From the NCBI GenBank assembly GCA_963837955.1, contig CAWIPH010000002.1, forward strand, positions 224,001 to 288,000: a stretch of 64,000 nt of DNA, written 5' to 3'. The first letter of the stretch is position 1. Each line of letters starts with the position of its first letter. The translations under genes were made by a program, and so were the position numbers. Shown here one piece after another: positions 19,861-29,666 of this stretch. The stretch is from an uncultured Verrucomicrobiae bacterium. GTDB taxonomy: Bacteria > Verrucomicrobiota > Verrucomicrobiia > Chthoniobacterales > JAFAMB01. Under the pieces are notes generated by a model, which saw only the letters and a list, made by a program, of their open reading frames with translations, was not told the DNA's origin and ran no database searches.

Positions 19861-20014
19861 GAAACTGGTTTTCGGAGGAAAAGGGGAAACAGAGACGCTC
19901 CGTCGTCTTGTAGCTGACTCTCTCGAATTGGGAAAGGAGTCAATGTGAAAGAATATTCTCCGGCAGGCCGCGGGAGAAACCAGGACTTATTCACAACAGG
20001 CTGTCAACGAAATC

Positions 20015-20159
20015 GGTCTCCGACATATGCAGAGGATTTATGCTATTTCTGGAAATTCAAAGAGATTGTCATCATTTGGCTCATTCCCAACGATCTTTCC
20101 CTCGGGCAATCCGAGACAATTCACTAGTTGTTCACAATGGAATTACAGCGTCGGAGACC
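20015..20159. ncRNA. Candidate structured ncRNA (6S-RNA-like long hairpin) or IR-bounded segment
   Basis: Perfect 10-bp terminal IR GGTCTCCGAC/GTCGGAGACC with inner ATTGTC/GACAAT pairing, inside a 650-bp gap. Confidence 0.3.
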
Positions 20160-20510
20160 ACAATAGCGTCTTGCTGCGACCGTCAAGGGATCGGAGCCAT
20201 TCTGGCCGATCCGGCAGCGGTGGCTGTCCTCTTAGGTTGTTTTTTGCTCTGAGAGGTTCGCGCGTTCGGCCAGCCGGGTCAAAAACCGGAGCCGCCATTT
20301 GGTGTCCTCGAACGTTTGTTGCGACCGCGTCTTAATAAAGCAAGACCGATTGCTTCGGCGGGCAAATCCCTTGTTGGCATCTGCGATGTAACCGGACAGG
20401 CGCTGCTACCCAAGATTGGCGCCTATCCGTCCGCCATCGCCAACCCGCGACGGCCAACTTGGAAGGTGGATGTGATGTCCAATTGGGAGTGCGATCGCCG
20501 AAAACCAAAC

Positions 20511-21812
20511 CTAGACGAAGGCCAAAGAACTGAAATCACGCCCAAGCACTTTGGCAGCGGGAGCCTTGAGCCACTGATTCAATATCGTTGCGTAAACGGA
20601 ACGAAAATCGACGTTGTAAATCAAATCTCCTGCGTCCAATTGCTCCAGCGATGGCTGGCGACCGTAGATACCGGGTTTGACGTTACCACCGCAGATGAAC
20701 ATTGGCGCAGCGGTCCCATGATCGGTGCCTTTGCTGGCATTCTCCGCCACCCGGCGCCCAAATTCGCTGAAAGTGATCATCATTACCCGATCAAAGACCC
20801 CCTTGGTCTTCAGGTCTTGGCAGAACGCAGAAACGGCATTAGCAAGCTCGCCGAGCAAGCGGTTATGACTATTTTCCTGAGCGTTGTGCGTGTCATAGCC
20901 GCCTTGGCTGGCATAATATATTCGCGTCGGCAGTCCGCCCGTAATCAAGCGAGAAATTAGCGAGAGCGAATTACCAAGCTGGGTTTTCGGATAAGTAGTC
21001 TCCGGCTTCACCCGACGGAGGATTTCGGCGATTTTATCTGTGCCGATCTGCGCGTCCAAGGCGGTCCGCTGCAGGTATTCGACAGCCGTCATCCCTGAAC
21101 TATTTGGGCCGGCTAGTTCGCCAATCGAAGCTCCGGTAACCGTGTCGTGGTCGATGCCGTTAAGCTGATTGAACAGCGCCTGCTCCGAGGCATCCGACTC
21201 TTTGGCAAAACCCAGGCGTGAGCCTGGGCTGAAAGTGATCCCGGTTGGATTATCTGAGGTGAACGCCTGCGGAAGTTGGCCTCCCAAAGCGACTCCGACC
21301 GTTGCTCCCTCGCCAGAGCAGCAATTATCGAAATAGCGTCCCAGCCATCCGGTTCGAATAATTTTGTTTGTGTCTGAGGCGGTCTGCCAGATCTCGGTAG
21401 AACGGAAATGGGATCGATTAGGATTGGGGTAACCCACGCCCTGGAGCAACGCTAAATTGCCATTGTCGTACAGCGCCTTAAAGGGTGCCAAAGCCGGATT
21501 AAAGCCGACATGACCGTTCAGATTGAGCACCTTATCCTTGGCGATGCCTATACTTGGCCGAGCACGGTAGTATGCGTCATCCGCGTACGGGATAACGGCA
21601 TTTAATCCATCGTTGCCGCCGGCCAATTGGAGGACCACCAAAATCGGGTGATCTTTGCCGGTCGCGATTTGTCCAGAAGACTCCGCAGCTTGTGCGTCAA
21701 GAGCGCCGAACGTTCGTTCGATGAATACGGGGACCGTCCAACTCAGCGCGGCGCCGAGGACGGAGGTGCGCAAGAAATCGCGCCTGGTAACTACTGCCGG
21801 TTCTTGAGACAT
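20511..21812 (-). CDS. DUF1501 family protein with Tat signal
   Basis: TRRDFLR twin-Arg; LVVLQLAGGNDGLN, NRSHFRS, GGYDTH, SEFGRR..EN..GTDHG. Confidence 0.92.
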   Translation of the reverse strand: MSQEPAVVTRRDFLRTSVLGAALSWTVPVFIERTFGALDAQAAESSGQIATGKDHPILVVLQLAGGNDGLNAVIPYADDAYYRARPSIGIAKDKVLNLNGHVGFNPALAPFKALYDNGNLALLQGVGYPNPNRSHFRSTEIWQTASDTNKIIRTGWLGRYFDNCCSGEGATVGVALGGQLPQAFTSDNPTGITFSPGSRLGFAKESDASEQALFNQLNGIDHDTVTGASIGELAGPNSSGMTAVEYLQRTALDAQIGTDKIAEILRRVKPETTYPKTQLGNSLSLISRLITGGLPTRIYYASQGGYDTHNAQENSHNRLLGELANAVSAFCQDLKTKGVFDRVMMITFSEFGRRVAENASKGTDHGTAAPMFICGGNVKPGIYGRQPSLEQLDAGDLIYNVDFRSVYATILNQWLKAPAAKVLGRDFSSLAFV

Positions 21813-21817
21813 ACAAA

Positions 21818-23359
21818 TTAACTCAATTGATAATTAGGTGTGGTCATCATGAGCGCGACCAAATCCCGGATAGAAGCATCATCGAATGGCATCGGTTTAG
21901 CCGAAGCGACTTCGACAAATTTTTTGAGGAGATCTGATTGCGGTTTTGACTGAAAAATCTGGATATATAACTTTTCGAGTAGCCGGTTAGCGTCCTTTCG
22001 ATCCTCGGCATCGACGAATTTTTCGACCGGCCAGGGTGAGGTGAGTGGCGGAAACGGTGTAGCCGTCGCTTCCGGACTGGTGACGAGATTTGCCTGAGCG
22101 GTTACTGACGTGTTCCTGTCCTGTGTCCCCTGGGTCGGAAAGGCTGTCGCTTTCGGCGGAAACTTCGGCAAACCAACTTGTTCCGGCCGGATTCCGTTGA
22201 TGAGTAGGCGGGCTAGCTGATAGCGATAAGCCAGCGTGCCGGTATTGATCCAACTCTTGCCTCCATCCCATCCTTTTACATTGGGAGGATAGAAAGGAAC
22301 TTGGCCAAGCTGACGATAGATATTCACCAAAGCTAGACCTTCCGGTGCGTAGACGCCGAGTGACCGACGAGCCTGGACTAAATACTGAACCGGACTTTTG
22401 ACGATCGCGCCCTGGGCGCGTTCGCTGTAGAACTCTTCTGAACTGAAGATCATTCGCAAAAGCGGCTTTATCTCGTATTGCGCCCCGCGGAACTTGGCAG
22501 CTAACGCATCGATAAGCGACGGATCCGGATCTTCATACGCGAGAAAACGCCAAACCTTACTCACGATGAACTTGGCACATTGCGGCTGTTCCAGGATGAT
22601 ATCGATGATCTGATCGCCAGTCCACGGACCGGTCTTTTGCATGAAAACTTTGATGGAAGGATCGAATTGATTCGGGGCAAACCGGAAGTGCTGGTCGAGT
22701 GGATTGATTCGGTAACCAGTGAATGCCTTCGCCGATTCCTTGATATCGTTCTCCGTGTAATGCCCTTCTCCCAGCGTGAATAGTTCCATTAACTCACGCG
22801 CGAAATTCTCGTTAGGCTTTTCCTTGCGACTGTTTGCTAAATCAAGCCAGACCAACATCGCGGGGTCTCTGGAGATAGCCTTCGTCAGCGCGCCAAAATT
22901 CCCGAGCGCATGGGCGCGAAGTGTTTGGTTCTGTAACCACATCTTGTAGGCGGGTCTTACCTTTGAGGCGCTGGTGGCGAAGTGTCCGTGCCAAAAGAGA
23001 GTCATCTTTTCCCGCACCGGAGCTTTGGTGTCGGTCATCTGTTGGGTCCACCATTGAACAAGCTCTATCATCTGTTCTTGGTTTGCCTTGTTGAAAGCTT
23101 GGCGCGCCTTAACCTTATCTTCTGGGGCGGTCGACGAACGGATCTGGTCGAATAGACCTCGCAGACTAGTGGGGTTGGCCACCGAAGCCGGTGGGGCAGA
23201 CTGTGCAGAAGCGGGCGTTAGTAACTCCTCGATGCTACGTTGCAACCCTTGATCGGCCAGTCGCTGAATCTCCGACCGAGCCCCCCCAAATCCGGCCCGG
23301 ACCAGTAAATGGCCCGCAGCGTCGTAATCCCACTTGCTTGATGGTAAGGGGGTTAACAT
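21818..23359 (-). CDS. DUF1800 family protein
   Basis: HLLVRAGFG, EKMTLFWHGHFAT, PNENFARELMELFTLG, PPNVKGW; canonical partner of DUF1501. Confidence 0.92.
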   Translation of the reverse strand: MLTPLPSSKWDYDAAGHLLVRAGFGGARSEIQRLADQGLQRSIEELLTPASAQSAPPASVANPTSLRGLFDQIRSSTAPEDKVKARQAFNKANQEQMIELVQWWTQQMTDTKAPVREKMTLFWHGHFATSASKVRPAYKMWLQNQTLRAHALGNFGALTKAISRDPAMLVWLDLANSRKEKPNENFARELMELFTLGEGHYTENDIKESAKAFTGYRINPLDQHFRFAPNQFDPSIKVFMQKTGPWTGDQIIDIILEQPQCAKFIVSKVWRFLAYEDPDPSLIDALAAKFRGAQYEIKPLLRMIFSSEEFYSERAQGAIVKSPVQYLVQARRSLGVYAPEGLALVNIYRQLGQVPFYPPNVKGWDGGKSWINTGTLAYRYQLARLLINGIRPEQVGLPKFPPKATAFPTQGTQDRNTSVTAQANLVTSPEATATPFPPLTSPWPVEKFVDAEDRKDANRLLEKLYIQIFQSKPQSDLLKKFVEVASAKPMPFDDASIRDLVALMMTTPNYQLS

Positions 23360-23525
23360 GGTAAGTCGGAGTAGCTAAGAGTTAGATGGAGGCCTGCTGT
23401 TTGGCCGAATAGCGCGAATTCGCGCGATTCGATTCTGGTCAAACATGATCATTCGAGGTTCCATCGTTCTTAATGACGAGATGACGGGGTAGCGGTTTCA
23501 GCGAATAGGTACGGATTCAGGCATC

Positions 23526-24902
23526 ATGCGTTTTATCAATCTCACCAGGCGGACGGAAATAGGGGCGAACTCATACTTACTTGAGATCGCCGGAAGGAAG
23601 ATTGTTTTGGATGCTGGATTGCATCCTCGCAAACTTGCTGAGGAGGCCTTGCCGAACTATCGACACATTGCCGACGGGTCCGTTTCTAGCATCTTTGTCA
23701 GTCACGCTCACCAGGACCATATCGGATCTCTTCCGGTGCTGATGCGGCGGCAACCGCAAGCGCGAGTGTTCATGACCGAAGCAACGGCTAAGTTGAGCGA
23801 AATTATGTTACACAATTCCGTGAATGTTATGACCCGTCAGCGAGATGACCTGGGATTGGGGACTTATCCACTCTTTACGCATCGCGAAACGGAACAGGCA
23901 GCGGCGATGTGGCACAAAGCATACGTCGGACAAAGATGGAGTATGGAAGGCGAGCGAGTGCCGGACAATGAGGAGGCGGGGAGTTTTGAATTCTTCGAGG
24001 CCGGTCACATTCTTGGGGCGGTCGGTATTTTGCTTCGTGCTGAAGGAAAGCGAATCTTCTATACCGGCGACGTGAATTTCTCGGACCAGAGCTTAGTACT
24101 CAAAGCATCTTTTCCAGAGGAACCGCTAGATGTTCTGATCATTGAGACCACTCGCGGTGACCGAGCATCGGATCCGAATTTTTCCAGACTTCAAGAAGAA
24201 GAAAGATTTTTGCAAGCAATTCTCAGCGCCTTCGAACGCGGCGGATCAGTGCTGGTTCCTGTCTTTGCGCTCGGGAAAACGCAGGAGGTGCTAACGATGT
24301 TGCATCGTTTTAGGGCGAATGGCGCACTGCTCAATACACCGATTTACATCGGCGGGCTGAGTACTAAAGTCACCATCGCACATGACCAGTTAGCAGCCGG
24401 TACTCGGCGGTTATATCCGGGTCTGCAATTATTGCCGACCATAGCTCCCCAAGTTCTCAACGGAAGAGTCGGTCCGGTTGCTAAAATTCAACCCAATGGT
24501 CTGTATGTCCTCTCCAGCGGAATGATGACCGAAAAGACTCTCTCGAATCGTTTTGCCGCTCGATTTGTCGCCGACCGCAAACAATCGATCTTCTTTGTCG
24601 GTTATGCCGACCCGGAATCGCCGGCCGGTCGTTTGAAAATGGCCAAGCGCGGAGAAGCAATCCAGTTGGAAGAGAGTGCGCCAAGACAACCGGTCGACTG
24701 CGCCATCGAGGAATTCAATTTCAGTGGTCACGCGCCCCGAGAGGCTCTTCTGCAGTACGTCCAAACGACGAAACCTAAAGTGGTCATCCTCGTGCACGGT
24801 GATCCTTTGTCCCTGCAATGGTTTACCGGGGCGATCGAAGCAAGTCTTCCGGGGACGCGAGTGATTGTGCCTGAGCCCGGTCACCCCTACGATATACCGT
24901 GA
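23526..24902 (+). CDS. Metallo-beta-lactamase/beta-CASP family ribonuclease
   Basis: SHAHQDH, AGHILG, YTGD, VPVFALGKTQE, FSGHA, LVHG. Confidence 0.9.
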   Translation: MRFINLTRRTEIGANSYLLEIAGRKIVLDAGLHPRKLAEEALPNYRHIADGSVSSIFVSHAHQDHIGSLPVLMRRQPQARVFMTEATAKLSEIMLHNSVNVMTRQRDDLGLGTYPLFTHRETEQAAAMWHKAYVGQRWSMEGERVPDNEEAGSFEFFEAGHILGAVGILLRAEGKRIFYTGDVNFSDQSLVLKASFPEEPLDVLIIETTRGDRASDPNFSRLQEEERFLQAILSAFERGGSVLVPVFALGKTQEVLTMLHRFRANGALLNTPIYIGGLSTKVTIAHDQLAAGTRRLYPGLQLLPTIAPQVLNGRVGPVAKIQPNGLYVLSSGMMTEKTLSNRFAARFVADRKQSIFFVGYADPESPAGRLKMAKRGEAIQLEESAPRQPVDCAIEEFNFSGHAPREALLQYVQTTKPKVVILVHGDPLSLQWFTGAIEASLPGTRVIVPEPGHPYDIP

Positions 24903-24980
24903 CTGGGCACTGCGGCATCGCTGCGGTCCTTCGCGGAAGAGGGTCACGGACTGCCCTGCCGGAATCGGTTGGATTCGACC

Positions 24981-25688
24981 TCAAGAAGGGATTGTAACCT
25001 TCGCGTATTTCGCGACTGCTCTACGCGCGAAGCGCGGCAAAAAGATGAGGGCTGCAATTGTCGCGACAATACTGAGAGCGAGCAGAACAATCTCACCTGT
25101 CCCTTTCTGAAAGTTGCCGGCAGCCAAAGCTTCTATGCCGGCTTTGCCGGCAGCGCCAAGATGACAGAAAAGCAAAATGCTGGGTAAGCTGCCGAGGATG
25201 GTCGTCCAAAGATAGGGCTGAAAACGTATTCCGGTAAGGCCGTAAAAATAATTTGCCAGTCCGAAAGGGATCGGACACAAGCGGAGGAGGGCCACAATTT
25301 TCCAACCCTCTTCTTCGATCGCCAAGTCGATTGCCCGGAAGGTCGGGTTTCGTCGAAGACGCTCGGCGATATCTTTCCGGAGAAAAGACCGCGAGAGGAA
25401 AAAACCCAACGAAGCGCCCAAACCGACGCCCAAAACAGCGCCAACCACTCCCAGCGGAAATCCAAACACCGCGGCCATAGCTATAATGACGGGACTGGCC
25501 GGGAAAAAAAAGAGAGACGAAACGGCTAAAACGACGACCAGGAAAGCCAAACCCATTAGCCCGAGACTACCGACCCAATTGGAAAGGTGATCGAGAATCG
25601 GGATGACCGGGACGAAGTAGGCGGTTAACGCCAACCCGAGCGCGACGACCGCAGCAATAATTAGCTTGGCCTGAAAGGACGATAACAC
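24981..25688 (-). CDS. TVP38/TMEM64 (VTT/DedA superfamily) membrane protein
   Basis: GWKIVALLRLCPIPFGLANYFYGLT motif; multiple TM helices. Confidence 0.88.
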   Translation of the reverse strand: MLSSFQAKLIIAAVVALGLALTAYFVPVIPILDHLSNWVGSLGLMGLAFLVVVLAVSSLFFFPASPVIIAMAAVFGFPLGVVGAVLGVGLGASLGFFLSRSFLRKDIAERLRRNPTFRAIDLAIEEEGWKIVALLRLCPIPFGLANYFYGLTGIRFQPYLWTTILGSLPSILLFCHLGAAGKAGIEALAAGNFQKGTGEIVLLALSIVATIAALIFLPRFARRAVAKYAKVTIPS

Positions 25689-25759
25689 GCTTAAGGCTTC
25701 TTCTTAAGATCGCTCTCTGCCAACAACAGCAGAGAGTGTCTTTCTGCAGGAGGAGCTGA

Positions 25760-26020
25760 CTATTTTTTGACGATGTGCGTGTTCACAAGGCGGGTCAACT
25801 CGAACATGTCGACCTCTTTCTTGCCGTTGAATACAACTTCTAATGCGGCGTCTGCTTTAATCTGCTTCTTGTTTTGCAGATTGTGCTTCTTGATGTACTC
25901 CCAAAGTTTCTTGGTGAGTTCAGTTCTCGGCAGCGGGTGCGAGCCTACGATCTTAGCCAGGGCATCGTCCGGTTGAACCGGTTTCATGAACGCGCTGTTT
26001 GGTTTACCTTCTTTCGACAT
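25760..26020 (-). CDS. Stand-alone SWIB/MDM2 domain protein
   Basis: LAKIVGSHPLPRTELTKKLWEYIKKHNLQ...VDMFELTRLVNTH. Confidence 0.92.
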   Translation of the reverse strand: MSKEGKPNSAFMKPVQPDDALAKIVGSHPLPRTELTKKLWEYIKKHNLQNKKQIKADAALEVVFNGKKEVDMFELTRLVNTHIVKK

Positions 26021-26094
26021 AATGTGGGATTAATACGGCCTAGAGGGAAATCAATCACAAATTGCTTAGGCGAGCGAGGGGAAACAAGGGTTCT

Positions 26095-26841
26095 TTATCG
26101 ACCCGAGAACACCCCGTTCGCCTCGGCTAAACTCTCATGGCTGCCAATATCATACCACAGACCGTCGATTGGATAGGTGAAAATATCGATCCTCTTATGT
26201 AGCCACTGGACGAAACGGCCCGGTTGATCTGCGTTATTACCCTCGGATAAATAGGTTTTTAGCAGTCGAAGTGCCTCCGGGCTGTAATAGTAGAGCGCAA
26301 TGCCGCAGACGGTACTCGTCGGATTCGCCGGTTTTTCTATGAATTCAGTGACGATTCCGGCGGGGTTAGTCGTGAGTTGATTGTATTTCTTTGCCTCCTC
26401 TAAGCTCTTTACGTTGTACACACCAAGTGTAGCCGGGTGCTCTCGGGCGAAATCGGCAAAATTTGCCAAAGATTCGCTAAAAAGATTGTCGCCGGCGACC
26501 ACCAAGAGGTCTTCTCGGTACAGGTTTGCCTTTTCCAAGGCGAAAAAGATATCGCCGATGGCACCAAGCTTGTCCGTATCGGACATCGATTGATCGTCGA
26601 GAACTTCGAACTTCGCTGACTTGTGCCGCTGTTGATAACGATTGGTCCAATCGATAAATTGCTGCGCAAACTTATGGTTGGTAACGATATAGAACTTTTT
26701 GAGATCTTTGATGGGAAGCAGGTGCTCGACCACTCGCTCAATCATCGGCTTGCCCGCTACCGGGAGGAGAGGTTTAGCCTGGTTTAGCGTTAGCGGGTAG
26801 AGGCGAGTGGCATAGCCAGCTGCCAGAATCAGCGCGTTCAT
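26095..26841 (-). CDS. Sugar-phosphate nucleotidyltransferase family protein
   Basis: LILAAGYATRLYPLT..KPLLPV, VVAGDN, FIEKP, WYDIG. Confidence 0.9.
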   Translation of the reverse strand: MNALILAAGYATRLYPLTLNQAKPLLPVAGKPMIERVVEHLLPIKDLKKFYIVTNHKFAQQFIDWTNRYQQRHKSAKFEVLDDQSMSDTDKLGAIGDIFFALEKANLYREDLLVVAGDNLFSESLANFADFAREHPATLGVYNVKSLEEAKKYNQLTTNPAGIVTEFIEKPANPTSTVCGIALYYYSPEALRLLKTYLSEGNNADQPGRFVQWLHKRIDIFTYPIDGLWYDIGSHESLAEANGVFSGR

Positions 26842-26880
26842 TAGTTATCTCAGAGGCCAACCTAGCCGCAATGTAAAGTC

Positions 26881-26978
26881 TGAATCGGATCTGGAATCTG
26901 GAATGTAGAATCCGGCCAGATAAGTCACATGAGACCCAGGGGACGCAATGGGACATATGGGACGCATGGGACATATGA
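26881..26978. repeat. Heptamer (CTGGAAT) and nonamer (ATGGGACAT/ATGGGACGC) tandem repeats
   Basis: ctggaat ctggaat gtagaat; atgggacat atgggacgc atgggacat atgag. Confidence 0.6.
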
Positions 26979-26980
26979 GG

Positions 26981-28168
26981 CTATCCGATATGACTTTCGA
27001 ATATTCGGACCAATTCTTGGACGGTCGCCTCCAAATTAAATTTCTCGCGTGCTGTTGCTAATCCGGAAGCGCCCAGGCTTTTCCTCTTGCGCGGATCTAC
27101 AAGCAAACTGCGAATGGCCGAAGCCAAAGTTTCCGGAGCCTGTTGCGGAACCAGAATGCCGTTTATTTGATCGGCGATGATTTCGGGGATGCCGGCCAGA
27201 CGCGAGGCAACGATCGGTAAACGGCTTGCCATAGCCTCGATTAAGACCGTGGGGAGATTATCGCGGTCGCCAGCTTCGTCTTGTCGCGCCGGGAAAACGA
27301 AAATTTGACTTTGAGCCAACAGTTCTACGATCTCCGTTTGGCTCCTGGAGCCGACCAGTTCGACTACTTTATTCAAACCGCGCGCTTCAATCAGCTGGCG
27401 AAGCGGCAGATGCTCCGGTCCACCACCTACGATCGTGCATCGAAAATCAAGCCCTTGCTTTTGCAGCAAGCCGCAGGCTTCCACTAGCTCAGCATAGCCC
27501 TTCTTTGGAATTAAGCGGCCGACCGAAATGATCCTGAGCGGCAACGCCTCCGCTTCCGCCGGTGAAAATTGGTCGAGGTTTAGCCCGTTGTATACGCGAT
27601 AGATTTTGTTAACTGCGAACGGGAACAGTGACTTGAGGTAGTCAACGCCATAGTCGCTTACGCTGACCACAAAACGTGCTTCCGCTACCAGACTCTTGAG
27701 AGGCACCCTTTGGTCGGGTTTCTCCACAAAGATGTCGTTAGCATGGCCGGTAAAGCTGTAAGGGATTCCGAAAAGCTTCTTGACCCACCATGCGGTTCGA
27801 GCGGCCACCCCAGCGAAATGGACGTGAAGATGCTCGACTCCAAGTCGGTTGAGCCGGCTGCCCAGGTAAATTGCTTCGAAAAAGCGATGTTTATCCCGGC
27901 TATCTCTTTCTTTGTCCCAGTAGTCGCTAAACCGTCTGGCCGCCCAACGCGTCGGAATTTTGAAAAACGGGCTGTTAGAATCGGGAAAATAGTGGATCGC
28001 GACATCGTCCAGCGGAATATTTAATGGCCGCTCATCGTTCGGCCGGCGAATCGAAAAAACCGGAATCCGATGATTTTGACGATAAAGTTCCGCGATTTCG
28101 CGGGCGCAAAAGGTTTTGGTGAAAGCGGGAAATCTTTCAAAAAGGTAAGCTAGTGTGCCGTCTCGCAC
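26981..28168 (-). CDS. Glycosyltransferase family 4 (WcaL-like)
   Basis: HLHVHFAG, SFTGHANDIF, VGRLIPKKG, DNLPTVLIEAMA. Confidence 0.9.
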   Translation of the reverse strand: MRDGTLAYLFERFPAFTKTFCAREIAELYRQNHRIPVFSIRRPNDERPLNIPLDDVAIHYFPDSNSPFFKIPTRWAARRFSDYWDKERDSRDKHRFFEAIYLGSRLNRLGVEHLHVHFAGVAARTAWWVKKLFGIPYSFTGHANDIFVEKPDQRVPLKSLVAEARFVVSVSDYGVDYLKSLFPFAVNKIYRVYNGLNLDQFSPAEAEALPLRIISVGRLIPKKGYAELVEACGLLQKQGLDFRCTIVGGGPEHLPLRQLIEARGLNKVVELVGSRSQTEIVELLAQSQIFVFPARQDEAGDRDNLPTVLIEAMASRLPIVASRLAGIPEIIADQINGILVPQQAPETLASAIRSLLVDPRKRKSLGASGLATAREKFNLEATVQELVRIFESHIG

Positions 28169-28275
28169 CGTTTATCTTTATGCCCGAGACAAAGAGAGTG
28201 CCAACGAGAATCCGAAATAGAGCTTGGAGTCGAAAAACAGGTGTTTGGGAAGGGCTTTTTCCCTGAGAAAATAGT

Positions 28276-28293
28276 TTGTGAAAAATTTCACAA
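28276..28293. promoter_or_regulatory. Perfect palindrome TTGTGAA-N4-TTCACAA (Rex operator consensus; also fits CRP-family TGTGA-N6-TCACA)
   Basis: TTGTGAAAAATTTCACAA, 5 nt upstream of a -35-like TTGCCA in front of atpB. Confidence 0.65.
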
Positions 28294-28426
28294 ATAACTT
28301 GCCAGAGGCGTCAGCACTTGCTTTTGTAGCGAGTCCCACCCTCCGGCCGCTGGCGCGATCGGTCCTGTGCTCCCCCCGGAGCTTCCGGGCCTCTCTCTCC
28401 TCTTGTCTGAGGGGGGTGAAATCATT

Positions 28427-29290
28427 ATGCAGGTCTCGACATTAATGGCTGCCGAGCAGATTCCGGTAAACGCGACGCCGTTCATTCCGGCGCCGGCTTA
28501 TAGCTGGTTTACCAACTCTTTTTTGGTCACCGTTGTCGTCACCGCGCTGATCATTTTCGTGGCGCGCTGGGCCACTCGCAACATCCAGCTAATTCCGGAC
28601 GGCCCGCAAAATCTGTTCGAGCTTATCGTTGAGACTTTGTACAACACGTTCGAGGGGATCGTAGGCCGGCACATGATTTCCAAGGTTTTTCCCCTCATCG
28701 CAACCCTCTTTATCTTCATTCTCGCTGCCAATTGGTTCGGATTGATCCCGGGAGTTGGTACCGTGGGATTTGGCGAGCCCGACGGCACCCCGTTCGGGCT
28801 TAAGGAGGTCACTCAGCCGCTCTTTCGACCGGCGACTGCCGATTTAAACATGACCTTAGGCATGGCTGCCTTTTTCATGATCTGGTGGGTCGTTTGGACA
28901 TTCTCGGAGGTTGGCGTCATTGGCTTTATCAAACATACGTTTGCGCCCAAGGGTGGCCTGAAAGGAGCGATGTGGGCTCTGTTATTGCCGCTATTTATCT
29001 TCGTCGGCGTTATTGAACTCATCTCCATCGCCTTCCGCCCGGTTTCTCTTTCTCTGCGGCTCTTCGGAAATATCTACGCTGGCGAAACATTGCTTCACAC
29101 AATGGCTACTCTGGGGAGCGGCCTCCCGATACCTCTCAATTGGCTAAGTTCGATCATTTTCCCGCTTCCGTTTTATTTTCTCGAGCTATTGGTCGGAATT
29201 CTCCAGGCGTTCGTATTCTCGCTACTCTGCGCAGTCTATATTCGGCTATCTACAAGTCACGAAGGAGAGGAAGAAGCGCACAGTCACTGA
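28427..29290 (+). CDS. atpB: F0 ATP synthase subunit a
   Basis: ANWFGLIPG, PATADLN, RPVSLSLRLFGN, LQAFVFSLL; SD GAGGGGGGTGA before ATG 28427. Confidence 0.95.
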   Translation: MQVSTLMAAEQIPVNATPFIPAPAYSWFTNSFLVTVVVTALIIFVARWATRNIQLIPDGPQNLFELIVETLYNTFEGIVGRHMISKVFPLIATLFIFILAANWFGLIPGVGTVGFGEPDGTPFGLKEVTQPLFRPATADLNMTLGMAAFFMIWWVVWTFSEVGVIGFIKHTFAPKGGLKGAMWALLLPLFIFVGVIELISIAFRPVSLSLRLFGNIYAGETLLHTMATLGSGLPIPLNWLSSIIFPLPFYFLELLVGILQAFVFSLLCAVYIRLSTSHEGEEEAHSH

Positions 29291-29360
29291 TCCAATTTCC
29301 TCGCCGGGACCATCCGAGAGAGTGGGCGGCGGGAACGAACCCAAAAACAAGAAACAAAAC

Positions 29361-29597
29361 ATGTTAGATCTACTTCCTATGTTGGCCGATGTGACCGGCA
29401 ACGTCGGGGCGACTCTGCCGTTGGCATTCGCCGGGGCCGGCGCCGGAATTGGTGTCGGCTTGGTTGGAGCCAAAGCTGCCGAAGCAGTCGGCCGCAACCC
29501 CGGAGCCTTCGGAAATATCCTGGTTATTGCGATTATCGGTATGGCTCTGGCCGAGGCGATCGCAATTTATGCATTGATTATTGCGTTCACGAAATAA
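29361..29597 (+). CDS. atpE: F0 ATP synthase subunit c
   Basis: GAGAGIGVG, GRNP loop, ALAEAIAIY carboxylate; lacks the Q/ES-T Na+ signature. Confidence 0.95.
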   Translation: MLDLLPMLADVTGNVGATLPLAFAGAGAGIGVGLVGAKAAEAVGRNPGAFGNILVIAIIGMALAEAIAIYALIIAFTK

Positions 29598-29612
29598 GAA
29601 TAATTATAGCAA

Positions 29613-29636
29613 CCGTGGGAAGTCAGCTTCCCACGG
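29613..29636 (+). promoter_or_regulatory. Intercistronic hairpin between atpE and atpF
   Basis: Perfect 10-bp stem CCGTGGGAAG/CTTCCCACGG with a 4-nt loop. Confidence 0.55.
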
Positions 29637-29666
29637 CGATTTTCAAGTTTTAGCCGAATCGATCGT

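Noticed and set aside
19987..20136. DnaA-box-like 9-mers (TTATTCACA, TTGTTCACA) suggesting oriC
   Set aside because: Only two imperfect boxes, no dnaA/dnaN context and no clear unwinding element
20316..20960. 214-aa + strand ORF
   Set aside because: Mostly antisense to the DUF1501 gene, TTG start, no recognisable motifs
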